Positions 22,601-31,610 of a DNA stretch of 64,000 bases are shown piece after piece; position 1 is the first letter of the stretch; each line of letters opens with the position of its first letter. The notes under the pieces were generated by a model. That model made no database searches. It had not been told where the DNA came from and was given only the letters and a program-made list of their open reading frames with translations. The translations under genes were made by a program, and so were the position numbers. The DNA is from Amoebophrya sp. A120 (Eukaryota > Protista > Dinoflagellata): assembly GCA_905178155.1 (NCBI GenBank), contig CAJINV010000003.1, positions 2,313,065-2,377,064 of the forward strand, written 5' to 3'.

Positions 22601-25600
22601 AAGCCAGAATAAGGCTTTTGGTGGTGCGAAAAGCCTTATTCTGGCTTTTAAGCGTGCGAAAACAGCCGAACCAGCTGCAGGCCGTAGCTGCTTCCAGGCT
22701 CGCCCGCGAGTTTGGTGGCCACCACCACCTAGCAGGGCCGTCGCCCCAACATCGGCCCGCCGCGCATCGCGCGGAGCCGCGTCACCAGCCGCTCCCTGCA
22801 CCGGAGCGAGCAACATGCCGGCGTGCTTGGCAGGTGCTGAGAAGGCCAGCAGAAGGCGATGAGAGGCGCGCGACCTCCATGTGTTCGCGTTGGCCGTCCG
22901 TGAGGCTTCGACCTTCGCCACGGTCCCAAGTTTATTTTCTTTAACAAACAACAAACTCCTTGCGCTCGCGTGCGCCTTGTTCGTTAAAGAATAAAAATCT
23001 TCTTGGCAGATCGCGAGGCTTCGACTTTCGCCGCGGTCCCAGGTTTCTTTTTCTTTAACAAACAACAAATCTCTTGCGCTCGCAGGCTCCTTGTTCGTTA
23101 AAGAGTAAAAACCTTCTTTCGGTCCAAGATCCAGCGAAGACATCACAAAAGAAAATGCCCGGGTCCTCGTTGCTTGAAAAGAAGGCCGCGGCGTGTGCCG
23201 CTGGCGTTCTCGGCGCTTTGCTCCCGACCGGGTTTGAGACGTATTTCGTCGGCAGCAGCCGGCAGGTGTTGGACCAAGAGTTTGCGAGCATCTCGCACAA
23301 CCTGGGCCTGCAGGTCGACGAAGATGTCCGCCTAGCGGCCAAGCTCCGCATGTTCTTCGAGCTGAAGGCGCTCGGGATTCCCATTCACGGCCAGCGGCAC
23401 AAGGCCCTGCTCAAGGTCTTGGTCGAGTATGGTGTGAAGGACGTCGAGGAGTTTGTGGAGCTTTTCCAAAGCTCCGAGGACATCCGGGCCTGCGGTGTCC
23501 CGCCGGCGGAGATCGCTACCTGCCTAAAGGTCAAGCGGGCGATGGCGGAGATCGCGCAGCTCCGCGGCGCCGGAGTCGGCAGCAGCAAGGTGCCGAAGCG
23601 GAAGATCGACCTCGTGGCCGGGGCCAAGACCGCCGGCCTGGACAAGTCGCTGGCCCCGACGAAGGAACAGGTCTACTGCGTCATGGTGGCGCAGGAAAAG
23701 GGTAACTGCACCCTTCCGCTCTGCGAGATGAAGGTCGCGCCCTGGAGTGACCCCATGTGGACCCACACCTACAAGGACGAGATCGAGGGCGTGAGCGACC
23801 TCAAAGAGAAGGAAGGGGGCGCCGCGTTCCTGCTGGAGCGGGCCAAGGAGCTGAAGACGAAGTACTTGCCGACGCATCAGCTGCACCTGGCCGCGACGCG
23901 GTACCTGTACAGCCTGGGCGTTGCGGGTGCCTTTCAGCCCGGCCGGACCCTCCTGGTTGCCGCGAAGTACATGGAGGTCCTTGGCACTATCGCGTGCCGG
24001 CACAGTCCGACCCTGGCGGCTTCGTACGACATGGAGAACCGCCGGCGCGCGGAGCGCGCGGGGCTGGTGACACCCGAGGAGGCGGAGGCGTTCTTCCTCG
24101 AGAAAAGCAAGGACATCTTCGAGGACCTTCTCACCGACATGAAGCTCGCGGACCACAAGGCCGCGAGCAACAAACGCAGCGAGGCGGCTGCCGGTGGAGA
24201 CGCATCCGCCCCGGGCGGGGGCCTGCAGTCGATGAAGAAGCGTCGCGGGGGCAAAGGTGTCCTTCCGGGCGCCGGCGGCGAGGTCCACAATACCGGGAAG
24301 GGCGGTGGCGCTCCGGCGTTGCCGAACATCGCTGCTGCGACGAACTCCGGGGCCCCGGCCGCGTCCGCCGAGGCCGCGAGGAAGAAGAAGAAGAAGAAAG
24401 CCGAAGGTACTTATTTACCCAGTAGCTTTCTCCTTCTCCCCCCATGCAATGAACGCATGACCCCCCCCCCCCCGACATGTCTGTTTCTTGTATGACGACC
24501 GCCATTTGTCACAGGGAAGACGGGGACTGCACCGGCGACCACCGGTACCGAGTGCGCGCCGCCAAAGATAGGAGCCGGCGCCGCGGCATTTCCCGGATGC
24601 CCCAGTTTTGCCGCGCCCGAGGCAAAAGCCGCCAAACACGGCGGGGGGCGGTCGGGGACGAAGTCGGCAACCGCTGCTGCGGAACCGCCGAAGCCGGCGG
24701 CGCCGCCCGGCTTCCAGGACGCGCGTGCGGGCGGAACGCTTTTGGGCAAGCAGAAGGGCCTGTTCGCGTCAGTTCCCCCAGGCTTGTCTCCTGCACAGCA
24801 TGTTGCAGCTGCCAAGGAGCTCGTCCGCGACTGGAACGAGCTGCAACGCAATCCGCTTCCACCGGACGCGGCAAGGGCGGTCGACAGGGCGGCACGCCTA
24901 ACGGTGCCGGAGCACCAAGCGCTCCGCAAGGCAGCGATCAAGAAGTGGGCCGCGCGCGCCGCGGAGGTTCCGGACCCCTACGGACAAGGGGTCCACGTCG
25001 ACCTGCTTCTGGAGATGCTGCGCGATGGGGGGCACATCGGCAGGGACGAGGTCACCCCGTTCTTCGAGAACCTCCGCAAGCGGTTCCCGATGTCCGGCGC
25101 GCACTCGTATCCGGACATCTTTGAGCAGACTTCAAACGCCGCGCCCGAGCTCTCTGTCCCGGAACTGCTCGCGGAGCAGGCCGGGGTGCATGAGGAGGCG
25201 GCGAGGTGCATCCACAAGGACGCCCCGGAAAACAAGGCGTTTCTGTGGCAGAGCATCCAGGAGGAAGCGCGCGACGGTTTCGCGCACGAGATCGACCCCA
25301 GCGTGGCGCAGGGGGAGGACTGTGTCTTTTTCCGCCGCTTCGTCGCGTGGCAGCTGAAAGCAGACAAGCCCGGGTGGGAGTACAAGCCCCGCCCCGTCGA
25401 TGATGGCAAGGCCGCGCAAATCAATCGCGCCAACATCATCTGGACGCCCATCAAGCTCGCCACGGTCGACCTGTACGCCGCTGCGCTCGCGCGCTACCAA
25501 GGTCTGCGGCCGGGGCGGCGCTGCAAGAGCTGCAAGAAGGACCACGAGAAAGCTTACCGCCAGCTCCGTGCGAGCAACGAGGAGTTTCTCCGCGTTATCA

Positions 25601-28600
25601 TGGTCGAAGACCCTAGCGGGGGGCTGCGGTACTTCGTCGCCGACCGCCTCCTCTTCGGGGAGGCGGCGTCGGTTCTGCACTACAATGGGCTGAGCGCGGC
25701 CCTCACCCAGGTCGTGCGGGACCAGCTCGCGCTCCCGATGTTCGCCTACTACGACGACTACATCTTCCCCGCCGATGAGGAAGACGCGTCAGCGGCGGCA
25801 GACGTGCAGGCCTTCCTCGGTGACATCCTCAAAACGAAGTTTAACGAGGCGAAGACCGAGGAAGGCGCCGAGGTCATCTACTGCGGCATCGTCATCGCGG
25901 TCGAGCCGGAAGGGGTTCGGTACAGCCTCAGCCCGCACCGGATCACAAAGATCCGGCACTACATCCGGGACCATCTGGACCGCAACAGCATGACGACCGC
26001 AGAGGCTGCGACACTTGGTGGGCGCCTCAGTTGGTCGACGACTTGTCTGTTTGGCCGCATAGGGCGTGCAATGTTGCACGCGCTGCAGCGCCGCGCCGCG
26101 GCGAAGAACCTCCCTTCCCACGCCCGGCTGAACAAGAACCTCCGGCGGGCGCTCGAGTGGTGGGCGGACCTCTTTGCGGTAGAAGGGTCCGCCGCCCGTC
26201 TCGCTTTCAGCCGGGTCGTGCCCGCCTGCCCTCCTGATGGCGGGCTGGCACCATCGCGCCCGCAGTACGCGATGTACACGGACGCGAGCTTGAGTGGGGC
26301 CGGGGCAATTCTGCTGCCTTTGGAAGGGTGTGCCACGGGCGGCCCAACCTACACGCGCATCGACTTCGGGGCGCAGGCCGAGGAGGACATTGCGGTCTTG
26401 GAAGGAGCAGAGGTCGAGGCCGCTCTCCTTTCCTTTGCAGACCAGCTGCAGGGCGCCGACCTTTTCCTCTGGATCGATAACACGGTGGCGCAGGGGTCTT
26501 TCGTACGGGGCAGCGCGAAGAGCGACGCCCTGCGCGCTTCGGTCGAGCGCTCCTGGCTTCTGGCCGCGCAGCTTGGCTGCATGATCTGGGTAGAGCGGGT
26601 GGACTCTGGGGCCAACCCGGCGGACGACCCCTCCCGGGGCTGCGCGCCACGGTTCTTGCCGGAGGCCATCCAGGTACTACCTGCTTGGGAAAGTTTGTGA
26701 CACATGGCGGGGGTCACGGCGCCGCCCGAAGGTGTTCCGGTCGGGCACCTTTGGAAGCGTGAACGGGCTCTCTTTGCAGTAGCATCCTAGTTTTCCCACA
26801 GACACGCTTCGGAATTTCCAACCCAAACTAACAACACACAGGTGCCGCGGACGCCGCCAACCCGAACCGGCCGGCGTGAGTCGGCGAAGTGATTACCGCG
26901 GTACGTCTGGGGGTGCGGGAAATTGTGGAGAAGGTGGTGGCAAGTGGCCACCATCTCCGTGTTCTTACTTTCCTGTTGGGGTGACAGTGATGGAATTTGA
27001 TGAAGACATTCGTAGACCGACACAGAACAATCAACCGGTGACCATGTTCAGAATCTTGCGCTGCTGAGCCCTGGCACGCAATCGATTGGCCTGGTCTTGT
27101 CTTTCTCGCCCGGTGGAGCTTTGGGTGTGCGGGCTTTGGGAGTTGATCTCCACGGCCTCGATACGTGAAAAAAATGGTGTTCGCAATGCAATCCCGACGT
27201 AGGCACAGCGCAGCCGGCCAAAAGATGCCGCGCCGCGTGCCTCGCGCGTTTCGCTTGCTCGCGCCCCTTTCGCGTCTCGCTCAATGTTCCAAAGCTGTGA
27301 CAGCTAACCTCACGCACGTCGTAACCATAGCCAAAGCGGTTAATTGATATTTTGCGTCCGTCCCTTTTATCAATAGCAAAATGAGGTTAAGCGCTGCCAG
27401 CTAACGGAGACGACACCGCTCCGGGCAACGACGTGCGGGCCTTTAGGTTTCTCGTTCCCCACCCACCCGCCCGGAACGAGATAAAGATGTCGGACGCGAT
27501 CGACGACGGCACCGCCCTGGACATGCTCCGGGGCCAGATGCATGCCAAGGCAACGTCGAGCGCAAGGGCATCCGCGGTGCAGGAGTATGAGCAAATGTGC
27601 TCAGCTCGCGGCCTCGTCGACTTCCCGCTATCAATTACGAACCTGGAGCTTTTTGCCGCCAGGCTCGGCGTGAAGGTCCACACCGGGGAAATGGCCGCAA
27701 ACACGGCGACGGCATACGTGTCCCATGTCCGCACCGAGAACCGGCTGCGGCATCACGAGCTCTCCCTCGGGGAGCAGGCCTACGCGACGCTGATCAACAA
27801 CGCCCTCAAGAGGGACCGCGCGGCGGAGAGCTACGAGCCGGTCGCCGCGAGCATGCTCCAGAGCATGCAGAAGGCGGCCACCACCTTGGACGAGCTGGCC
27901 TGCGTTGACATGGCGGTCTGCCAGTTCCGCCTTGTGTGGCGGCCCGAGGAACTCGTCCGCGCCACCATCGGGGTCGAGAAGACCAAGGGCGGCCATGAGG
28001 TTGTCTTCGACGTCGATCGCACGAAAACGGACCCGGAGGGGGTCGGGCGAACCGTGCGACTCGTGGCGGACCCAGCAAACCCCGTCGTGTGCCCGGTCAA
28101 GGCCGCGCAACGACTCACCAAGGACGGCGGCGACGCGCGGCTATCGGTCGCGCAGTACCGCACGACCTGGAAGTTCCTCACCCGGAAGGCGAAGGTGCAA
28201 CGAATTGCGGAAGGCCGCAGTCGCGACCTCCTCTGCCTCCACGGACTCCGAAAGGGTGGCGCTCAGGCACTCCTACTCGGCGGAACGGTCCGGGAAACCG
28301 TCCAAAAGATTGGTGGTTGGAAAACGATGCACAGCGTGATGCACTATGAAGCGGAGTGCTTTCTTAATCCGAAAGTTACCCCGCTCCCGTGTCTGCTGAA
28401 GTCCATACAGCTCAAGGACGCTGCTGGCGCATCTCCCAGCCACTCCGCACCGGCTAAAAAGAGAAAGAAATAAAACAAATACATGAACGCGTGTGAGGCC
28501 TGTCGCGCCCCTCGATACGTGAAAAAAATGGTGTTCGCAATGCAATCCCGACGTAGGCACAGCGCAGCCGGCCAAAAGATGCCGCGCCGCGTGCCTCGCG

Positions 28601-30094
28601 CGTTTCGCTTGCTCGCGCCCCTTTCGCGTCTCGCTCAATGTTCCAAAGCTGTGACAGCTAACCTCACGCACGTCGTAACCATAGCCAAAGCGGTTAATTA
28701 TTTTTTCGCGAAACAAAGAAAACCTAAATCAGGTAGTTGTTGTACTCGTATCAGTTTTTGGTCGTGTCAATACCTGGGCGGTTTTATTTGACGTCACCAA
28801 AGCACTGCAGATGTAGTGCTGTCGAAGTTCTTTGTCTTTCTTTCACACGCAGACCCGCTCGTACAAAAATTCTGCACGCAAGTATGTATACGTTTCTGTG
28901 AAACGAAGTCTACGGAAGTCCAAGCAGACATTTATACCTGTTTCCACAATGAAAAAATCCTCGGTGAACGGGTCCCCCTCGTGACAGAGGATTTCCCCGG
29001 GCTTCACGTCTCGAAAATTGGCGTGCATGGCCAGTTGCTCGCACTGTTGATCCGTGAGGGGGACCAACGCATGCAGCTTTTGGTTCTCCTGCATCGCCTT
29101 CACCAGGAGATTCTTTATTTCTGGTGCCTTCTTCACAATTTCCGGCTGCTGCGACAGCCGGGCGTGGGCGGCCAGGACGGCCTTGCGCTTGGGAAAATGG
29201 ATCTTCTTGCTGAGTTGCAGGTGGAGGAAGCGCTCCTTACTCAAGCTCGCCACGGTCAAACTGCCCTGCGGCCCGGCGACCACGGTCGCCTGGCGGAACG
29301 CGTTCTGGAGCAGAGACTGCTCGCCAAAGTAGTCGCCTGCCCGGCAGCTTGCAATCACCCGGTCCTGGGCTTTCACACTGTGCGTCGCCGGCGCGAGCTC
29401 CTCCGGAAGCACTCGCCCGCGCTCTCCACTGTTCGTGGTCCGCACCGTGAACGGAAACCTGTGCAATATTTTTGCGGGCTAGAAATTTATCATTTTTCAA
29501 AACGCAATCTATTGTCTCTCAAAGTATGATCTACTTATCACCCGATTCTTTTTCTTTGCAGAGCCACACCTCCAGCGCCGATAATCATACGTCGGCAAGA
29601 ACATCAAGCAGCTCATCATTCGGACCATCAATATCAGTGCAAAAGTGTGTGTACTTTCTCGTTGCGTCAAAGTTGTCGATTATGCACTCGGTGCCTTGCG
29701 GGTACACCACCCGGCCGATCTTGCAGGGCTTGACGAGCCGCGCGACGTCGCCCTGCTTCAAAAACGCACCCAGGGAAACCTTCACGAACGCCTCCCCGTC
29801 CAGGACGATGAACATGGCGTTGCCCGGCTCGTGCTGCCGGAACACTACGGAATTGGCGGGGTAGTGCTTGACCTCCAGGGCATCCACCAGTTGCCGGACG
29901 TCGCCCTCGCCGAGCTCCCGAAACATCGGCACCTTACGGACAAACGTGGTGACCCGATCCTCATTCCAGGCGAAGTCGGAAGATTGCGCGCTGCCCCCCG
30001 TGGTGCTGCCGTTGACCCCGCCCGGCTTGCGCTTCGCGCCGCCCATGGAAGAGGTCATGGAAGAATTGTTCATCGAGGCGTTCGTGTTCACCAT
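19648..30094 (-). CDS. cGMP-dependent protein kinase-like (tandem cNMP-binding domains plus AGC kinase), with a retrotransposon in intron 2
   Basis: cNMP motifs VFRQHEPGNAMFIV, GDYFGEQSLL, FFIVETG...GGSFGEVTLL and YFGEQSLL. Kinase motifs LGCGGFGAV, YALKQL, YRDLKPEN, DMG and TCGTPDYFAPE, with an AGC tail. Exons ~30094-29653, ~29459-28938, ~21566-21482 and ~21202-19648. Confidence 0.88.
21203..21481. mobile_element. Introner, family A, 279 bp
   Basis: TSD GCCCG at 21198-21202 and 21482-21486. Removal gives MQDCGPGGSFGE. Read-through meets TGA within three codons of entering the element. Confidence 0.93.
21608..21725 (+). repeat. Split direct repeat A1 (118 bp)
   Basis: Identical by eye to 27340-27457. 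Confidence 0.95.
21890..22445 (+). repeat. Degenerate tandem repeats in the retrotransposon 5' leader
   Basis: About 10 copies of (G)AGGTGCTG(C/T)CGC-N5-(C)GGAGGTGCACT with variable linkers. Confidence 0.8.
22902..23110 (+). repeat. Imperfect ~110-bp tandem duplication just upstream of ORF1
   Basis: GAGGCTTCGAC...CGGTCCCA...TTTAACAAACAACAAA...TTGCGCTCGC...CCTTGTTCGTTAAAGA occurs twice. Confidence 0.8.
23155..24495 (+). CDS. Retrotransposon ORF1 (gag-like)
   Basis: Long GC3-rich ORF from ATG 23155 upstream of the RT. SYDMENRRR resembles the YDxxxR motif of DIRS/Ngaro ORF1, followed by a basic tail RKKKKKK. Assigned mainly by position. Confidence 0.7.
   Translation: MPGSSLLEKKAAACAAGVLGALLPTGFETYFVGSSRQVLDQEFASISHNLGLQVDEDVRLAAKLRMFFELKALGIPIHGQRHKALLKVLVEYGVKDVEEFVELFQSSEDIRACGVPPAEIATCLKVKRAMAEIAQLRGAGVGSSKVPKRKIDLVAGAKTAGLDKSLAPTKEQVYCVMVAQEKGNCTLPLCEMKVAPWSDPMWTHTYKDEIEGVSDLKEKEGGAAFLLERAKELKTKYLPTHQLHLAATRYLYSLGVAGAFQPGRTLLVAAKYMEVLGTIACRHSPTLAASYDMENRRRAERAGLVTPEEAEAFFLEKSKDIFEDLLTDMKLADHKAASNKRSEAAAGGDASAPGGGLQSMKKRRGGKGVLPGAGGEVHNTGKGGGAPALPNIAAATNSGAPAASAEAARKKKKKKAEGTYLPSSFLLLPPCNERMTPPPPTCLFLV
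24515..26700 (+). CDS. Reverse transcriptase - RNase H (pol), same frame as ORF1
   Basis: KPRPVDD, KKDHEKAYRQL, LLFGEAASV and YYDD (RT). YTDAS, IAVLE, IDN and ANPADDPSR (DIRS-type RNase H). The frame is open from 24496 and has no ATG near its start. Confidence 0.93.
27156..27457 (+). repeat. Internal B1-A2 junction (copy of the circle junction)
   Basis: B1 (190 bp) overlaps A2 (118 bp) at TTAATT 27340-27345. Confidence 0.95.
27487..28473 (+). CDS. Tyrosine recombinase
   Basis: Catalytic set R (VWRPEE), K (TKTD), HxxR (HGLRKGGA), W (GGW) and Y (VMHY). C-terminal basic NLS-like KKRKK. Confidence 0.92.
   Translation: MSDAIDDGTALDMLRGQMHAKATSSARASAVQEYEQMCSARGLVDFPLSITNLELFAARLGVKVHTGEMAANTATAYVSHVRTENRLRHHELSLGEQAYATLINNALKRDRAAESYEPVAASMLQSMQKAATTLDELACVDMAVCQFRLVWRPEELVRATIGVEKTKGGHEVVFDVDRTKTDPEGVGRTVRLVADPANPVVCPVKAAQRLTKDGGDARLSVAQYRTTWKFLTRKAKVQRIAEGRSRDLLCLHGLRKGGAQALLLGGTVRETVQKIGGWKTMHSVMHYEAECFLNPKVTPLPCLLKSIQLKDAAGASPSHSAPAKKRKK
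28510..28699 (+). repeat. Split direct repeat B2 (190 bp)
   Basis: Identical by eye to 27156-27345. Confidence 0.95.
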
Positions 30095-31610
30095 GGTCGA
30101 CGTGTCACGGTTTGGTGCCAAGTGTAGTCGTGTCCGGCAGAGACTCCACCGCGGCCTCTGGCTGATTCATTGCAGTTACGAGGCAAAAGCAGAAATACTA
30201 CTTGGGCAAAAAAATATTTATATTTTCAATCGGAAAATAACAGTAGGGGAAATCAATATGGGGCGTCGCTTGTATCGTGGCATACTGCTTTTTGAAAGCG
30301 TTCTTTTCGGTTCTTGGACATCAAACTCTAATATGAGAGAAAGAATATACGAGTTGCGCAAGAACCACAGAGGGAGTTTTTTTTGTGAAGTTTGGACGAC
30401 AGAAACGTTTCCTTCGCACGAGAACCGATGTCTGTCGATTTGCTGTTATGTAGGCCAAACTGTTTGGACGAGGAGGCATGAACGATGTATTTCCATCAGG
30501 TACAACCGACAGGGCGCTACAGCATTGGGAACGATGCAAAGCACCAGATTGCCTTCCGATACGATTTCTATGAGAGAAGACACCACGTTGTACCGACAAA
30601 GTCCAAATGATCTGTACAACTACCGAAGGTCTCACGTGAAAGCCTTGTGCTTGGAAAGCGGGATCTGATTCAGATCCAGCACACGCAAGCTCAATGCGAA
30701 TGGAGGCAGCAAGGTTTGAGTGTTTTTAGAAGAAAAAATTAAAATCAGTCGCATTGATAATCTGGGTTTGCCATATCATCTGCTCACCCCGCAGGGAAGT
30801 CATGCAGTTCGGTTTTTGAAGCTCCGTGGATTTGGTGCTGGTATTTACTTACAAAGAACGCACGAAAAATATTTAGATTTACCAGTATTTGGCAAAGAAC
30901 AAAATAAACTAAAGTAAGAGCTCCAAAACTTGTTTCATGAAAAACCAGGCTAATCGAAAATCACATCTCAATTTTTTGAAATACCCTACCCACTATGTAC
31001 TGTCTGTGTCAATGGATATATTCTCATATCTAATTTCATTCAAAAGACAACCACGCTGCTAAGTTCTTAAAAGGTCTGCTTCCCTGGAAAGGCGTCACTA
31101 GGTGCAGCAGGCAGAGAGCACTGCAACGCATGCAGAGACGAGACATCCTTCCAGGCGGCGGTCGTGTCCGGGAGTTTATCTTCTGGTTTAGTATAGTCAT
31201 TATCTGTTTCTTTTCGTTGACATGACGCTCACGCAGTGAATTGCGCAAAGAACTGAGCGTCGACCCAAATCGAGCTTTTCATGTATTACTGCTAACGACC
31301 TAGAGTCATCTCCGGTCGTGCCGACATTCAGGAACTTATCGTTATATATTTTGTCGCTCTCCGATTCACAACTATATATGCATTTTTGTCGAAACCTTCA
31401 AGCCTTCGAGTCATGTGTGATAGCAAAAATTTGTCGCTCGCTACAACTTTCATCTACGCGGTTTAGTAACTAAATTTGTCTACTTTCAAGAAAGGCTCAT
31501 TGCCCAACGGCACTTTTTCACGGTTGCTACGTACTTCTAAAACCTAGTCGTACTAATACTTCGTATTGAACAGAACTACCCGTTAAGTTCACGCACTTTA
31601 TTTTCCAGTT

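Larger units (their letters stand above)
21608..28699 (+). mobile_element. Tyrosine-recombinase (DIRS-order, Ngaro/PAT-like split-direct-repeat) retrotransposon, apparently intact
   Basis: Split direct repeats A1 21608-21725, B1 27156-27345, A2 27340-27457 and B2 28510-28699. Gag-like, RT-RNase H and YR ORFs. TTAATT at both ends and at the B1/A2 junction. Antisense within the PKG intron. Confidence 0.95.

Noticed and set aside
27305-27389. Inverted 8-mer TAACCTCA/TGAGGTTA around the TTAATT core as recombinase binding sites
   Set aside because: The motif is short and asymmetrically spaced around the core, so it cannot be distinguished from chance here.
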